The notes: generated from the sequence alone by a model not told the origin. Shown: positions 1-15,760, numbered from the stretch's first letter. The stretch: DNA of 64,000 bases from Eledone cirrhosa (GCA_964016885.1 OZ024742.1:335792001-335856000), one strand, 5' to 3'. Program-made: numbers and translations.

Positions 1-1460
<1,460 letters not shown>

Positions 1461-1931
1461 TGAATTTGGCAAAGCCGGCCATTTATCGTTCGTATACAGA
1501 AAACTGACAAATTCATTCTAAAAAACTGCTCTTGACAAGATTGAGACAACTTATTGATTACTCGACAACACATTCATTTGATATTAAATTATTTTTTTAA
1601 TCTCCTCTTTTTTAAACCTTCTACTAACTCTTTAATTACATTAACATTAAATGACCTCCCTTTCTCAATTATATTCGTATATTAAGTTACCCCTTCTTAT
1701 TTACCCATTATATACCAGACAAAAATAATCCTGTTTTACTAAATTATTAAGCGTCCCTCTTTGTACTATTTTAACATTTTTAATTTTATGATATTAAAAT
1801 TAGTTACATCCCCTTCTTAATATTAATTTACTATCTTCACATAATTAACTTTACCTCCTATCTCTAAAGTTCTCTCCCCCATGCTTACTAGAACTCCCTT
1901 ATTCTCAATCGCAAGCAAACATTTCCTCCAT

Positions 1932-2117
1932 AATTGTTTCTACTTTTGGCACAAGGCCAGCAATTACCCAGTGTATTTCTGGTACTTTATTTTATCGACC
2001 TCGTAAGGATGAAAAGGAAAGTTAACCTCGGCGGGATTTGAACTTAGATCATAAAGGGGCGTAACTCTATGCGTCAAAGCATGGCCTCCGACCCTCTACC
2101 GATACTGCCAATCCACC
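1932..2117 (-). mobile_element. tRNA-derived SINE, family A (Nin/Deu-like central domain)
   Basis: B-box gttcaaatccc followed by a cct(t)ttcatccttacgaggtcgataaaataaagtaccag core. More than 10 copies in the window. Confidence 0.85.
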
Positions 2118-2245
2118 AAAGCCAATGAGATGACTAAAGTCCAGTCATTGTGAGTTGTTTGTGTTCTTTCTAGTGTAAATTCATTATCTATATCATAACT
2201 CGTCCACAAACTTGAGTTGCTAAAAAAAAATGTTCGATTTTCAAC

Positions 2246-2349
<104 letters not shown>

Positions 2350-3184
2350 CGTGTGTGTGTGCGTGTGATGTTTATTACGGTGCGCGCAAAGCAGCCGAAG
2401 CATATGATAAAGTTTTATCTGTATAGGCACAGAATAGAGATAACCGGGACTGCGTAAATGTATATATATATATATTTACACATTTAGTATATACAGATAT
2501 AACTTTATCATATACTTTGACTACATAGCGCACTCTTAATTATATATACTTTCAACTACCAACATGAGTATTAATAATATGCAAATTAAGCTTGAAAACT
2601 CATATTTTTCAGTTTACATGGAAACACATATATTTTGCTATAATTAGTCTTAACTATGTTTAGTTAAGATGCGGTAGGGAGATATAGTAAACAGTAATAC
2701 AAAAAAAAAACCCACCCCAAGTAACTCATAGAAAAATCTGAAAGAAAGACACGATAAAAAAACAGACAAAAAATAAAAAACAATAAAACTATAATTTAGT
2801 TATCTTTTTAATACTTACTCCTATGCTAGAAAACATTTTTTATGCAGTTTGTTCTCTTAATACGAAAGCTTCGATATTGTTGGACATTAGTGACATACAC
2901 GTGAACAAGATCTTGAAAATCGACAAATAAATCAGCCGAGAAAGCTCGCATATATAACAAATATTTGAAAAGATTTCACGCATTGACGCCCAGATATCAA
3001 CCACAGATAAAAGCCAAAGCAAATGGAGTGTTTTAGAAAGATAAATTATGTATATTAATGAGAGAACAAAAACGGCAGGAAATCTTTCTTTTTATCCAAT
3101 GGAAGTGGTTTAATACAATCATATGGCTAATATTTCAGAATAATTAATAATTCAGTGGAGTTTATAAATAAATACAACCCATCT

Positions 3185-3525
3185 TTTGTTGTTATTGTTG
3201 AACCTCCGTCGGTTTCGACGATGAGTGTTCCTGTTTTTCGAACAACGGAACCCGAAAGCCTGCTTATGAAATTAAAGAGCAACTAGCTGAGTCCATCACA
3301 GACATATGGATCATTAATGCAGTTCTGATATGTTCAGCGTTACACACTGTGTGGCAAGACTGGCCTTTTGATTTACAAGTAGAACTTACTTTTACCTGCT
3401 GAGCCAGCTGGAGAAACGTGAAATATAATGCTTCACTCAAGGACACAACACGTTGCTGAGAATCGAAATCACAATTTTAAGCTCGTGAGTCTAATCACTA
3501 ACCACTAAGCCACGTGTCTTCACGC
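3185..3525 (-). mobile_element. tRNA-derived SINE, family B (Meta-domain-like)
   Basis: Shares gtgtccttgag..tttcacg..ctccag..cagc and ctgttccgttgatc..aacaggaacactc with copies at 15.5, 18.4, 41.6, 61.0 and 62.0 kb. Confidence 0.75.
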
Positions 3526-4199
3526 GATGTACAAGTGACAGAAAACTTGTAGAATACCATACAGCAAATCGTTTTATTTGGCCAACGATTAAAACTAATG
3601 TATGCATGCATGTCTAATGATCGAGAGCCTTGTGACGGACAGGGTGTGTGAGTTGCGTGTATGTGCCCTCAATTAAACTGGTATAAGAAACAGTGTGTCA
3701 AGATATGTCTCATTGTGACAAAAACGTTACATTTGAAACGTAGATATCAAGAAAATAAGTACTGGTGGTGGTGGTGGTGGTGGTGGTGGTGGCGGCGGAG
3801 GGAAGGGGGGGGGGGGCTGTACAATCGAGCAATTGGGCATAAGTGACCCTATATTTTATGCTAAAATCACTGACAGCTATGCCATTTATAAGTGTGTGAG
3901 CTATATAGAATTGCTTGTCAATGAACATATACACATCACAAACTCAACGATAGTAGACATTTATAGGTGGGTTAAAAGTTTATGACAAACTACGTGACTT
4001 TGGCAACATTGTAGTTAGATAGGATCCTAAAATAAATATCTAAATTATCATCTTGTTATTGCTAAAGCCAGATTCTTTACTTAATTTGGACGATTTAATT
4101 CTAGAATTTTACTACAGGCCAACGTTTTTCATTTATAAACAGAATTATTTGTGGATAATGTTATTTTGATGTTGGATGTATGAATGGGTACATACGTAC

Positions 4200-4203
4200 T
4201 TAT

Positions 4204-4274
<71 letters not shown>

Positions 4275-4357
4275 TACATGTATATACACATGCAAATATG
4301 CATGCATATGTACAGGCATACACACACATGCAAACATCTGCATAGAAACATTCACAA

Positions 4358-4444
<87 letters not shown>

Positions 4445-4691
4445 TCCATGCATACATACGTACATACATGCATGTATATATACGACTCACAAATAAACAT
4501 ATAATGATCATTGTACTCATTTACACACACGTAAGAATTCGTGCACGGCCTTCAATGAACTCCCACGTGGACTTATGTCTGAATGTAGCTATCTATCAGT
4601 ATTCGTATAATTGTATGTTTATATTTTTGTATATGGGACACACACACATATATATACATACATACATACATACATACATACAAACATACAT

Positions 4692-4738
<47 letters not shown>

Positions 4739-4821
4739 CATACATGCATACATACATATATATATACATACATACATATATATATATATACATGCATACA
4801 TACATATATATATATACATAC

Positions 4822-4862
<41 letters not shown>

Positions 4863-4881
4863 CATACATACATATATATAC

Positions 4882-4964
<83 letters not shown>

Positions 4965-4965
4965 C

Positions 4966-5003
<38 letters not shown>

Positions 5004-5042
5004 TCATGCATACATACATACATGTATATATATATACATACA

Positions 5043-5122
<80 letters not shown>

Positions 5123-5595
5123 CATACACACATACACACACAGATATACATACACACACACATCTCTATATATACATACACATATACATACACACGTGTG
5201 TGTGTTATATTTATACACATAATTACCATGCTAGGGAAACAGAATAAAGCCTAACCGCTATATATTGCTGTCAAGCTCAAAGACAAGCATCATATTAAGT
5301 TATCATTTATATCATCGCCGAGTCTCTGATCACGGCTAATGATTCCAGTTATGGTAAATAGTGGAGCGGAAATTACCTTACACTGAGCTATTTTAGGCTG
5401 ATTATATACATATGGCCACATACGCCCAGACGCGCGCGCACACACACACATGTATGTGAGTGTGTATGTATGTATGTATGTATGTATGTATGTATGTATG
5501 TATGTATGTATGTATGTATGTATGTATTATGCAATTATGTGTGTATATATCTCTCTGTCTGCTCCTCTCTCTCTCACTCCCTCTCTCTCTCTCTT

Positions 5596-5663
<68 letters not shown>

Positions 5664-5693
5664 GATATATATACATATATACGTGTATATACA

Positions 5694-5742
<49 letters not shown>

Positions 5743-5808
5743 GTATATATATATACAAATAGTATATACATACATGAATATATATATATGTATACATATA
5801 TGTATATA

Positions 5809-5881
<73 letters not shown>

Positions 5882-6293
5882 ATATATGTATATATATATA
5901 TGTATATACATGTATATATGTATATATACGTATATATATATATATATGTATGTATATATATATATATATATATAGTTTTGCGAGGTTTTTGAGTATAACA
6001 ATATATATATATATATATACACATATATATATATATATATAATATCCACCTAACCGGGCACGAGGTTATTTTGGAGTGATTACAAATATAGTTGAGTATA
6101 TACAGTATATGTACAAACACAGCCACACAAACACACACAGACGCAGACAGATACACGCACATACACACATACACATAGAAACACACACACACATGCGCGC
6201 GCGCACACACACACACATGTATATGTATGTATGTATGTATATATAATTAACTTTGCAATATTGTATTTTGACTGATTACATGGTTTGGTGTAC

Positions 6294-6347
<54 letters not shown>

Positions 6348-6402
6348 TTGTCTGTCTATTTGCCTGCGTAGTACTTACCTACGTATTATGCATGTAACTC
6401 CC

Positions 6403-6490
<88 letters not shown>
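4200..6490. repeat. Compound microsatellite field (CA, TA, TACA, TCTA, TC)
   Basis: Direct reading; explains all HT/YI/CV ORFs here. Confidence 0.95.
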
Positions 6491-6491
<1 letters not shown>

Positions 6492-7239
6492 TATGTACAC
6501 GTACATACATATATGTATACAGACGTACAGTAGTATGTATATATATATATACATACTTGCACACACATATATATGTACGTATGGATTCACCGAACATTTA
6601 TTATAATGCTCGGTGTGTTTGTAAACAAACATCCCGTATTAAGCCATAGTGTCCAGCAACCATCGTTGCTCGTTTGTTCAACACTGACAAAGGAATGCTG
6701 TACTAGTTTCAAGCTTATTAGCTATCGTCAGCAACGTATACCTTCCTGCCAGATTATTGAACGTATATACTTACCTTATGCATATTAACGGCTGAGTAGC
6801 CCAATTTGCATATCGAGTGGGCTAATCGGCCGGGTGCACCGAAAACGATAAACGGAAAAAATGAAATGAAATGTCATTTCCCACTCTTAGTACGGCTGTT
6901 ACTTAAATATAAGTATGTACACGTACATACATATATGTATACAGACGTACAGTAGTATGTATATATATATACATACATGCACACATATATATATGTTGAA
7001 CAAACGAGCACCGATGGTTGCTAGATACTACGGCTTAATACGGGATGTTTGTTTACAAACACACCGAGCATTATAATAAATGTTCGGTAAATCCATACGT
7101 ACATATATATATGTGTGCATGTATGTATATATACATACTACTGTACGTCTGTATACATATATGTATGTACGTGTACATACTTATATTTAAGTAACAGCCG
7201 TAGTAAGAGTGGGAAATGAAATTTCGTTTCATTTTTTCC

Positions 7240-7245
<6 letters not shown>
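6487..7245. mobile_element. Non-autonomous HHR element: about 422-bp monomer with terminal redundancy plus an inverted copy
   Basis: aagtatgtacacgtac occurs at 6489 and 6911. 6995-7245 is the reverse complement of 6849-6910 joined to 6489-6683. (TA)n on both sides. Confidence 0.8.
6697..6735 (-). ncRNA. Minimal type I hammerhead ribozyme
   Basis: gttg CTGACGA t-agct-aata-agct-t GAAA ctag TA cagc. Palindromic stem III (ACTAGT), GUA site. Confidence 0.8.
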
Positions 7246-7277
<32 letters not shown>

Positions 7278-7313
7278 AAAGTGATAAAAAAAGGGCTTCC
7301 AAAGCGTACATGT

Positions 7314-7349
<36 letters not shown>

Positions 7350-7479
7350 AACGGAGAAAACTAATAGCGATACTCCGGCCAAATTCCAACTCACTCAATA
7401 AACATTAGGAAATAACTGAGTATATTCCTAATTAAACGTTCGGGGTGCTAACTATATTGTATTGTGTGGAAAATTGGCT

Positions 7480-7665
7480 GTGAATTGGCAGTATCGGTAG
7501 AGGGTCGGACGCCATGCTTTGACGCATATAGTTACGGCCCTTGCCATTCTGAGTTCAAATCCCGCCGAGGTTAACTTTGCCTTTCATCCTTACGGGGTCG
7601 ATAAAATAAAGTACCAGTAATACACTGGGAAATTGCTGGCCTTGTGCCAAAAGTAGAAACAATTA
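7480..7665 (+). mobile_element. SINE family A, near full length
   Basis: tggcagtatcggtag (A-box), gagttcaaatcccgcc (B-box), central domain, tail ggccttgtgccaaaagtagaaacaattatt. Confidence 0.85.
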
Positions 7666-8547
7666 TTTCATATGAGATATATCAAATATATCACTTCCCA
7701 GACGACTCGTTTCATTATAAGATTTCTATAAGTTGGGTGAAATTATACCAAATTATGTAGAAGCTTGTATAAGATCAACAGATACTTTTACAAGTGGGCT
7801 CTTATAATTCTTCAGTGGGTGCCCAATAATATTAATATTGATAACCAAATCAACATCAATATTCCCCATCAGTGCTTGAGGGATAATCTCCATCCGTGCT
7901 TGAGGGAGCTGCTAGGTTGTTAGTCCAGCAGTTCTAAAGAAAATCTCACACTCTCTCGAAAATGGGAGGAAGGAGACTACCGCCATAACAATACATGCGC
8001 AGGTAGTTGAATTCCGATAAGAATTCAATATATATTAAAGGATCTTTATAACATGTATAAAGAATGGATGTTCGCAAAGCCTGCTTTATCCGTTTTGGAG
8101 CATCAAAACAGTTGTTAGATTAAAATAGTTTTTTCGTTAAAACTCCTGCATGTTGATTTTCGACCACTTTGGTTGGCACGCTTCTGTCCTTGATTAAGTA
8201 ATGGATACAACTAAGTGTGTCTAACATAATAAAAATGTTTGATGATCCGAAATGGAGAAAGCAGTCTTTGTTAACATCAATTTTTTTTATATACATTATA
8301 AAGATCCTTTTTATATATATACCAGGTGCCCTTTTCGAACCCGTCTCTTATAATGTGATCTTTACAGAAGGTTTTTTAACGTCCACACTTTTCTTTCACT
8401 ACACACACACACAACTAATCTTGGGAATATTCAATGCTGGGGATGCATAGTGGGTATAGAGATATGTAAAAATGTTTTAAAACATACAGTATATTGTTAA
8501 ATATACAATATGTACATCCTTATGTATATCGCTATTTCAGAGCACCA

Positions 8548-8639
<92 letters not shown>

Positions 8640-8799
8640 ATATGCACGTACAAAAATGTAGTTTGGAGCTGAACGATGGTTTAAATTTTTTCCACGAAAT
8701 TATTTGTGGATGCGCGACTGATGTATTAGAGGACCAACTGAGTTTGGACGATTGCGTGGAGATTTTAAAAACCCATATGCTGTTATAGAACAGTCTGGC

Positions 8800-9560
8800 A
8801 CGACTGATTCGTTATTGGTAATTAATCTTTGATTCTTTTACTGGTTTCTGTTATAAGAATGTGGCCATGCTGAGACATCGCCTTCTTGGTGAAAATTATC
8901 TGGCGAAAGAAAGTGTTTCCAATAGTAGTTTATTGTGTATTGACTTGTACCATTTGGTGACTGAATCAGTAATGAAGTAGTTTTTCTTGTCTATGAGGAT
9001 GTTGGTTAGAATTCTTTTGTTTTATTTTCCTTGTGGTCTGGTTAGGATTATAATTAACTGGGTGGCTGGCTTGCTGTATAAGTTAGATTTATGGTAATTG
9101 GAGGAGCATATATTTTTAGACCTTTCGATTCTGTAGTGAATGGTGAGTTTATTGGCGATGAATTTAACTTCTCAGTTAATGTCCATTAGAGCCGTAAAGA
9201 GCTTATTTTTATTAGGTGTTTGCTATAGAGTTGGATAATGTGGTGTGTGTGTGTGAGGGGGTGGGGTGGATTTCGTATATGTTTCTGGTATTGACCAAAT
9301 ACACGTGGACTTCTTGGTTTTGGAGAATGTTTCTTTACAAATTGTACAAAAGTTTGTATTGTAAGTAATGTTCTTTATCATATGGAAAGAGACCTTGTTG
9401 AATATTTGATAGGAGTTTGTTGTTAGGAAGATGTTTATCACTTTAAAGTTTGGTTAAGAAAGAGGATATCGAAATATAAGGCTTTCCACCGAAATCCTTT
9501 TTGAAAGGTTTCCGTCCTGCAAATACAGCATATAGGTTTCATAGAAACTTTGGATGGTAT
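8800..9560 (-). pseudogene. Highly decayed, internally deleted Naiad-type PLE remnant
   Basis: Minus strand gives FRWKA near 9490 and scattered PLE-like peptides; many stops. Confidence 0.4.
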
Positions 9561-9909
9561 GGCTTTTCAAAGAAAAGCCTCGGAAATGCGCATCCTAACA
9601 CTTCACTGTATAGGCATCCTTTCGGGTGACTGGTGTCGTTGCGAAGGTCAGAGTATTATGTACAACTGAAGCGAAGAAATACTGACGCTCCCGTAGTTTC
9701 CTCGCTTGTGAGAGCCCATGAAATGTATAATATAGACAACAGTAGTCATGTTTTCCAGTTACCTGTGCAGATGGTACTTTAGGAAGTAAAGTCATCAAAA
9801 AGATTCATAATTAAAGAATATGATCAATATTCATTTCTATATATTCAACATGTGAGTGTATTCCTGAACGTATCTAAATGTATAATTGTCTATATGGAAG
9901 GGCACGAAT

Positions 9910-10165
<256 letters not shown>

Positions 10166-10407
10166 TTTGAAAAAAAGGAAAAGAATGACTTCACTTGTAG
10201 TTGGTATTCTATAACAATTTAATTTTATAATTTCACAATTTTATAACTTTATAATTTTGCCATGTAGATCTAATAAGCCCTTTGTTAACTTTGGAGGAAA
10301 GTTTTTTTTTTAAATCCTGGTTAACATTCTGGAGAACTTTCTCTCATTCGTCGCTGGCGATTGTCAAACTGATCTAAAGTTGCAATCTATTGGTGAATAT
10401 ATAAGGA

Positions 10408-10459
<52 letters not shown>

Positions 10460-10461
<2 letters not shown>

Positions 10462-11100
10462 CATCATCATGAGCGTTTCACGCCCGCTTTTCTATGCTTG
10501 TCAGTACAGCATCACACTACTTGTCATCTTTTATGTGAGCTTTAGTGATTTGAGATCAGCTCTCACAACATCTGCCTCAGATTTCGCCTGCTTTTTGTTC
10601 GGTAAGGTGAGGCAATGTATGGCTCTTCCAGAGCATCTCCCTTACCATCCTCCGGGGAAGCGCCTTCTCCATTCTGTCCACCGAAGACGTGGGGTGACCA
10701 GCACGTGGGATCCCATTTGCTCACTATACAGAGAGATGGGGTGGGCGAGAGAGATGGGAGCGATGACGGTGGGAGTTCGGCTCTTCTGTGTTCGAACACA
10801 TTGCACCTGTCAAGAGTGTATTTCCATATTTACACATCTTCCTGTTGCATGGGTTATAAGAGGAAAGAGGCTGCTACGATATCGGCCAAAACATATTAAA
10901 AGTATATACTTTTCAAAACTTTACAAAACGTTCACCCTCCCCGATGGGCTTCTGCATAGTTTCAGTCTCTTCGGTTTCCATCACAAGATATGGATCGACT
11001 CGAAACCACATTAAGAGACACTTATAAACGAAGCTGTGCCATGGAATTGAACTCGGGACATCGGGATTGCGAAGTGAACTTCATAACCATTTTACAATGT
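10460..11100 (-). mobile_element. Decayed SINE-like element(s), family C
   Basis: (ATC)n tail at 10460. 10935-11095 resembles 18165-18330 and has a B-box-like gagttcaattcc on the minus strand. Confidence 0.45.
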
Positions 11101-11127
11101 TGCACACGCGCACACACACGCACGCAG

Positions 11128-11279
<152 letters not shown>

Positions 11280-11550
11280 GTGTACACAATCCCACACGTG
11301 CCCATACATACACACATCCATACATACACACATAATACATACATACACACATACACACATACATACGTATATATTATTGATTAGTAGAGAATTTATTTGA
11401 TCAATGGATTGATAAAAGAAAAAAAAACAAGTATATAGGGTCATAAATAAACATAAAAAGACAAATAAACAGTTAGCCAGACAGACACATAGGTAGACAG
11501 ACTGTCAGATAGATAAGCAGATAAATAGATAGACAAACAGACATACACAC

Positions 11551-11581
<31 letters not shown>

Positions 11582-11589
11582 TAGATATA

Positions 11590-14496
11590 TTTCTTTTATT
11601 TGCCACTAGGGCATCAAAAGTGGGACAAGTACAAAGGGGGGAGTTTACACAAAAAGGCGTCCTCAATAAGGAGGAGGCAATAACAAAATATAAAAATAAA
11701 ATAAGATATAACAAAAAATAAAATTTTTAACAAAATCCTCAATAGAGAGGAGGCGCCTTGGGGGGTCGCACACACCCCCGAAAAAAGTGTGCAACCCTTC
11801 TCCTCAGGAGCACAGAGAAGGGGTGCTCCCTTGGTCTTTCATCTTCCTCACCTATAGTCTGATGTAGAGTGAAGGCCCATTCACACGGGCCATTCTCGCC
11901 ACTTTCACCCATCTTTCATAGAAACGGCTGGGGTGCAGCACCTCTCTCTCCATCCTGATCCTTCTTCCGAAATGATATCGGAAGAAACGGACCAGTTGTT
12001 GGCCAGAGAGAAAGGTGCCCGACCTCAGTCCTTTCAGACGCGTCCACCATACAACCTCTTTCGCCATGGCTATTACGCACAGAAACACCGCCTCTGCTTC
12101 ATCTTTGAAGGGGGGAGGCGGCTTGATCATTACAATAGACTCGGTGGTCAACCGGATCGGTCCCACCCTTGACAGCAGTTGTTCGACATAGCCCCACAGA
12201 TCGGCTACGCCCGAGCAGTGTACTAATGCGTGTGCAACGGTTTCCTCGTCGCACACGCATCTGGGACAGATCTTTTTGGCGGGGTCCCTACCCGGGCGCC
12301 CGTGTCTGTAGAGCCTTTCTCGAACGGGTAAAGCCCCTCGGTAGCACTGCCAGGCCAGGGACTTCTGGAAGTTGTCCATAGGTCCCGGGCTGAATGACCT
12401 ACCGAACAGGCTGGCCAGTTCGTCCTCCTCCATGTCTAGGGCTTCTCCGAGGGCGTCGTCGCACCTGCTGCGTACCAGCCCTCTATAGAATGTTGCGGTG
12501 GAGTCTCCACTGATAACCGGATCCGCCTGCCAGAGGGCGGTGAGCGCCTGGGCACACTCAGTGTGCCAGGCGCCCAGTTTTCTCGGTCTTTGCTTGACCC
12601 AGGATTGCAGCTCGGTGAGTGAGACGAGTCTGGGAAAGGTTCGTCTCACAAACGAGGCCCACACCGGTTGTCCGGTGAGGAATACGTAGAGGTGCCGTAG
12701 CCTTAATGCGTGTTTACGCATCATTAGCCACGGCATCCCCAGCCCTCCTTTCGAAGGGTGTTGACAGCAGATGGATCTCCTCACCATAGGAGCCCGCCTC
12801 TTCCAAAGGAATTGGAAGAGCGCGCGCTCCATCTTGGTGAGGGTTTCCCTTGGGCAGGGCACTACGGTCAGGCGGTAGTAGATGACGGACGCTATGTAGG
12901 TGTTCGCCACCTCCGCCCGACCTTTCAGGGATAGTTTGCAACTGGCCCACTTCTGGGTCAGTGCAAACACCCTGTTCGTAACCTCCGCCCAGTTTTTCTC
13001 CACCTGGAGGTCCGGTCCGAACCAGACCCCGAGCAACTTCACCGGGCCCTCCGTCCAGCGTCCGACGACGCTATCGGAGGGCATCGGTCTGCCCCTCCAC
13101 GTGCCGAGTTGCAAACCGATCGACTTGTCCCGGTTCAGCTTAGCCCCTGTGAACTTTTCGTACTCCTCCAGTAAGGTGCCGACCGCCTCGATTTCGGAGG
13201 CCGTCGACACCATTACTGTCACGTCATCGGCGTAGGCCGACACCGCTTTCCGCAATCCCGGTTCCAAAGGGATGCCCTGCAACAACTCCAACTTCCGCAG
13301 TAGTGGCTCGAGAGTCAACACATACAGAAGGGAGGAGAGAGGGCACCCTTGTCGGATGGACCGCGCGATTTTGAACGGCTCCGAGAGGTAGCCGTTCACC
13401 TTGACCCTAGAGCAGATGCGGCTGCTGTGCATAGCAGTGATCCAGCCCCTGAAAACGGGTCCGAAGCCTGCCGCCGCTAGCACCGCATCCAGGTAACCAT
13501 GGTCGACCCTATCGAACGCCTTAGATTGATCCAAGTTGATCAGAGCCCCACCAAAGCCGGGTTCGTTCCCAACCCTCTCTATGATGTATCGCATGAGGTG
13601 GAGGTTGTCATGGATGGACCTGGACGGGATAGCGCATGTCTGCGCATCTCCCACCAGGTTGCCCACGACAAGCGCCAACCTCTTTGCTAGCACCTTGGCC
13701 AAAATCTGTAACTCTGTATTTAGCAGTGTTATGGGCCTGAAGTTACTTATTTCGTCCCCCTTGTTCTCGTCCTTCCTCACTAGCGTGACTACGCCCTTGG
13801 TCACAGTAGAGGGAATTCTCCCGTTCTGTTGCCAGTTGCAGTAGACCGCCTCGAGGAGATCGGGGAACAAGTCCGGCATAGCTAGATATAATTCGTAAGG
13901 AAGACCATCGAGACCCGGGGATTTGCGTTTGCCGCATTGGCTCAGCACGTCCTCTATCTCAGCGGCCGAAATCGGCTCCTCGCAGGACTTCGCCTCCCTG
14001 TCCGAGAGGCGCGGCAGGCCGTCGAGGTATGGACCGAAGTCCACGTTCCCAACCGGCTCCCCGCCCCTCCCGAACAGTCGGGCAAAGTGCCTTTGAAAGG
14101 CCTCACACATCTGCTTAGGCTCAAGAATCGCCCGTCCATCCAGGTCTCGCAAAGACCGGATGGTGGATTTAGTTCCACTGTTGGCCTCTGTCACGCGGGC
14201 CCAGCTAACAGCTTTGGTCCCCTCGTTCCCTAGAGCACGTATTTTACTTCGGACAACGCAGCCTTCGTGCTTCGCGTCGAAAAACTGGCTCAAAGCCGTT
14301 CTCGACGCTAGCACTCTGGCCACGTCGCCGCTTCTAATTGCCTCTTCTACTCTATCTATTAGCTCCCTTTCCTTCCTATTCCTATCCGCAGCTAGAACCT
14401 TACTAAATTCTATCGAGACTACTCTAATCTCTCTCTTTAGAGATACCCACCACCTGCTGTTGACGATCGCTCCAGTCAACCGTTCCTTAACTAACT
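11590..14496 (-). mobile_element. 5'-truncated Tx1-clade (L1 group) non-LTR retrotransposon
   Basis: GC-rich block with an RT ORF and about 260-bp 3' UTR ending ggcaaataaaagaaa. Both junctions fall in (GA)n/(GATA)n. Confidence 0.9.
11852..14479 (-). CDS. Tx1-type ORF2 (RT plus C-terminal CCHC zinc knuckle), lacking the N-terminal AP endonuclease
   Basis: KSPGLDGLP, NFRPITLLN, LDQSKAFDRVDH, RQGCPLS, AYADD, LSLKGR, CPRC...ETVAHALVHC. 875 aa uninterrupted; the start is a truncation point, not a real initiator. Confidence 0.92.
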   Translation of the reverse strand: MTGAIVNSRWWVSLKREIRVVSIEFSKVLAADRNRKERELIDRVEEAIRSGDVARVLASRTALSQFFDAKHEGCVVRSKIRALGNEGTKAVSWARVTEANSGTKSTIRSLRDLDGRAILEPKQMCEAFQRHFARLFGRGGEPVGNVDFGPYLDGLPRLSDREAKSCEEPISAAEIEDVLSQCGKRKSPGLDGLPYELYLAMPDLFPDLLEAVYCNWQQNGRIPSTVTKGVVTLVRKDENKGDEISNFRPITLLNTELQILAKVLAKRLALVVGNLVGDAQTCAIPSRSIHDNLHLMRYIIERVGNEPGFGGALINLDQSKAFDRVDHGYLDAVLAAAGFGPVFRGWITAMHSSRICSRVKVNGYLSEPFKIARSIRQGCPLSSLLYVLTLEPLLRKLELLQGIPLEPGLRKAVSAYADDVTVMVSTASEIEAVGTLLEEYEKFTGAKLNRDKSIGLQLGTWRGRPMPSDSVVGRWTEGPVKLLGVWFGPDLQVEKNWAEVTNRVFALTQKWASCKLSLKGRAEVANTYIASVIYYRLTVVPCPRETLTKMERALFQFLWKRRAPMVRRSICCQHPSKGGLGMPWLMMRKHALRLRHLYVFLTGQPVWASFVRRTFPRLVSLTELQSWVKQRPRKLGAWHTECAQALTALWQADPVISGDSTATFYRGLVRSRCDDALGEALDMEEDELASLFGRSFSPGPMDNFQKSLAWQCYRGALPVRERLYRHGRPGRDPAKKICPRCVCDEETVAHALVHCSGVADLWGYVEQLLSRVGPIRLTTESIVMIKPPPPFKDEAEAVFLCVIAMAKEVVWWTRLKGLRSGTFLSGQQLVRFFRYHFGRRIRMEREVLHPSRFYERWVKVARMARVNGPSLYIRL

Positions 14497-14599
14497 AAGA
14501 GAGAGAGAGATAGATAGATAGATATATAGATAGATAGATAGATAGATAGATAGAGAGATAGATAGATAGAGAGATAGATAGAGAGATAGATAGATAGAG

Positions 14600-14638
<39 letters not shown>

Positions 14639-14645
14639 GAGATAG

Positions 14646-14678
<33 letters not shown>

Positions 14679-14681
14679 TAG

Positions 14682-14718
<37 letters not shown>

Positions 14719-14854
14719 TAGAATGAGAGAAAGTGACGGGGAAGATAGTGACAGAAATATAAAGATAGACAAATACATATATGCATATATATAGATATAT
14801 GCACCTATATCCATGTCTAATACAGACACATACAAGCATATATATATATTTATT

Positions 14855-14889
<35 letters not shown>

Positions 14890-14899
14890 TTATGCATGC

Positions 14900-14982
<83 letters not shown>

Positions 14983-15177
14983 CATATACATATAAAAGAG
15001 CAATCAACGAATAATGGGAGAGAAAGAGAGAGATTACATTGAACGATAGAAAGCTGGACACACAAACTTATACATACATATATATATATATATGTGTGTA
15101 TATATATGTATATATATATATATATGTATATATATATGTATATATATATATACATATATATATATATACATATATAT

Positions 15178-15210
<33 letters not shown>

Positions 15211-15245
15211 CAGAGAAAGAGCGAGAAAGAGAGATAGAGAGAGGG
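14497..15245. repeat. (GATA)n/(GA)n followed by (TA)n/(TG)n microsatellites
   Basis: Direct reading. Confidence 0.9.
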
Positions 15246-15494
15246 GGGCGGAGAAAGAGGAGAGAAACACCATATTGTAACGATAGAGAGATGGACAGTT
15301 GCAGACGTATATTGGTATTTAATTATTCAGAATGACATTTCAACAGCATACTTAGTGTCCCAGTAGTCATTAGAAATGATGCCTTTTGAATTTGGCTGTC
15401 TTCCAGTAATCTTCCATTCTGCTATTTACTAGCAGCTCTCGCCCTGGTTTACATTAACTGCCATGATGCACTCATTCAACACCAATGCGCATGC

Positions 15495-15760
15495 GCTCAC
15501 ATTTGTTTGTTTGCTTGTCGGACTTCCGTCGGTTCCGACGACGAGTCTTCCAGTTGTTTGACGAGTCAGCTGGTGAAAATTATCTTGCAAGTAACTAAGT
15601 GTTCTGTTTGATATAGGGTGTAACAAGGCCGGCCCTTTTGAATGAGAGGTACAACTTATTATTTTTACTAGCCATGTTAACTGGAAATATAATAAAATAA
15701 AGCGCCCAAGGATACAGTCCTGAGCCGAACGGCCTAATCATTAAGCCACGTGGCTTCACG
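15495..15760 (-). mobile_element. SINE family B, decayed
   Basis: Similar to 3185-3525. Confidence 0.65.

Noticed and set aside
7480-7570. tRNA genes at A/B-box motifs
   Set aside because: These are SINE heads; no cloverleaf, and they continue into the SINE core
11933-14498. Plus-strand ORFs within the Tx1 element (likewise antisense ORFs in the Naiad copies)
   Set aside because: Antisense shadows of the real RT ORFs
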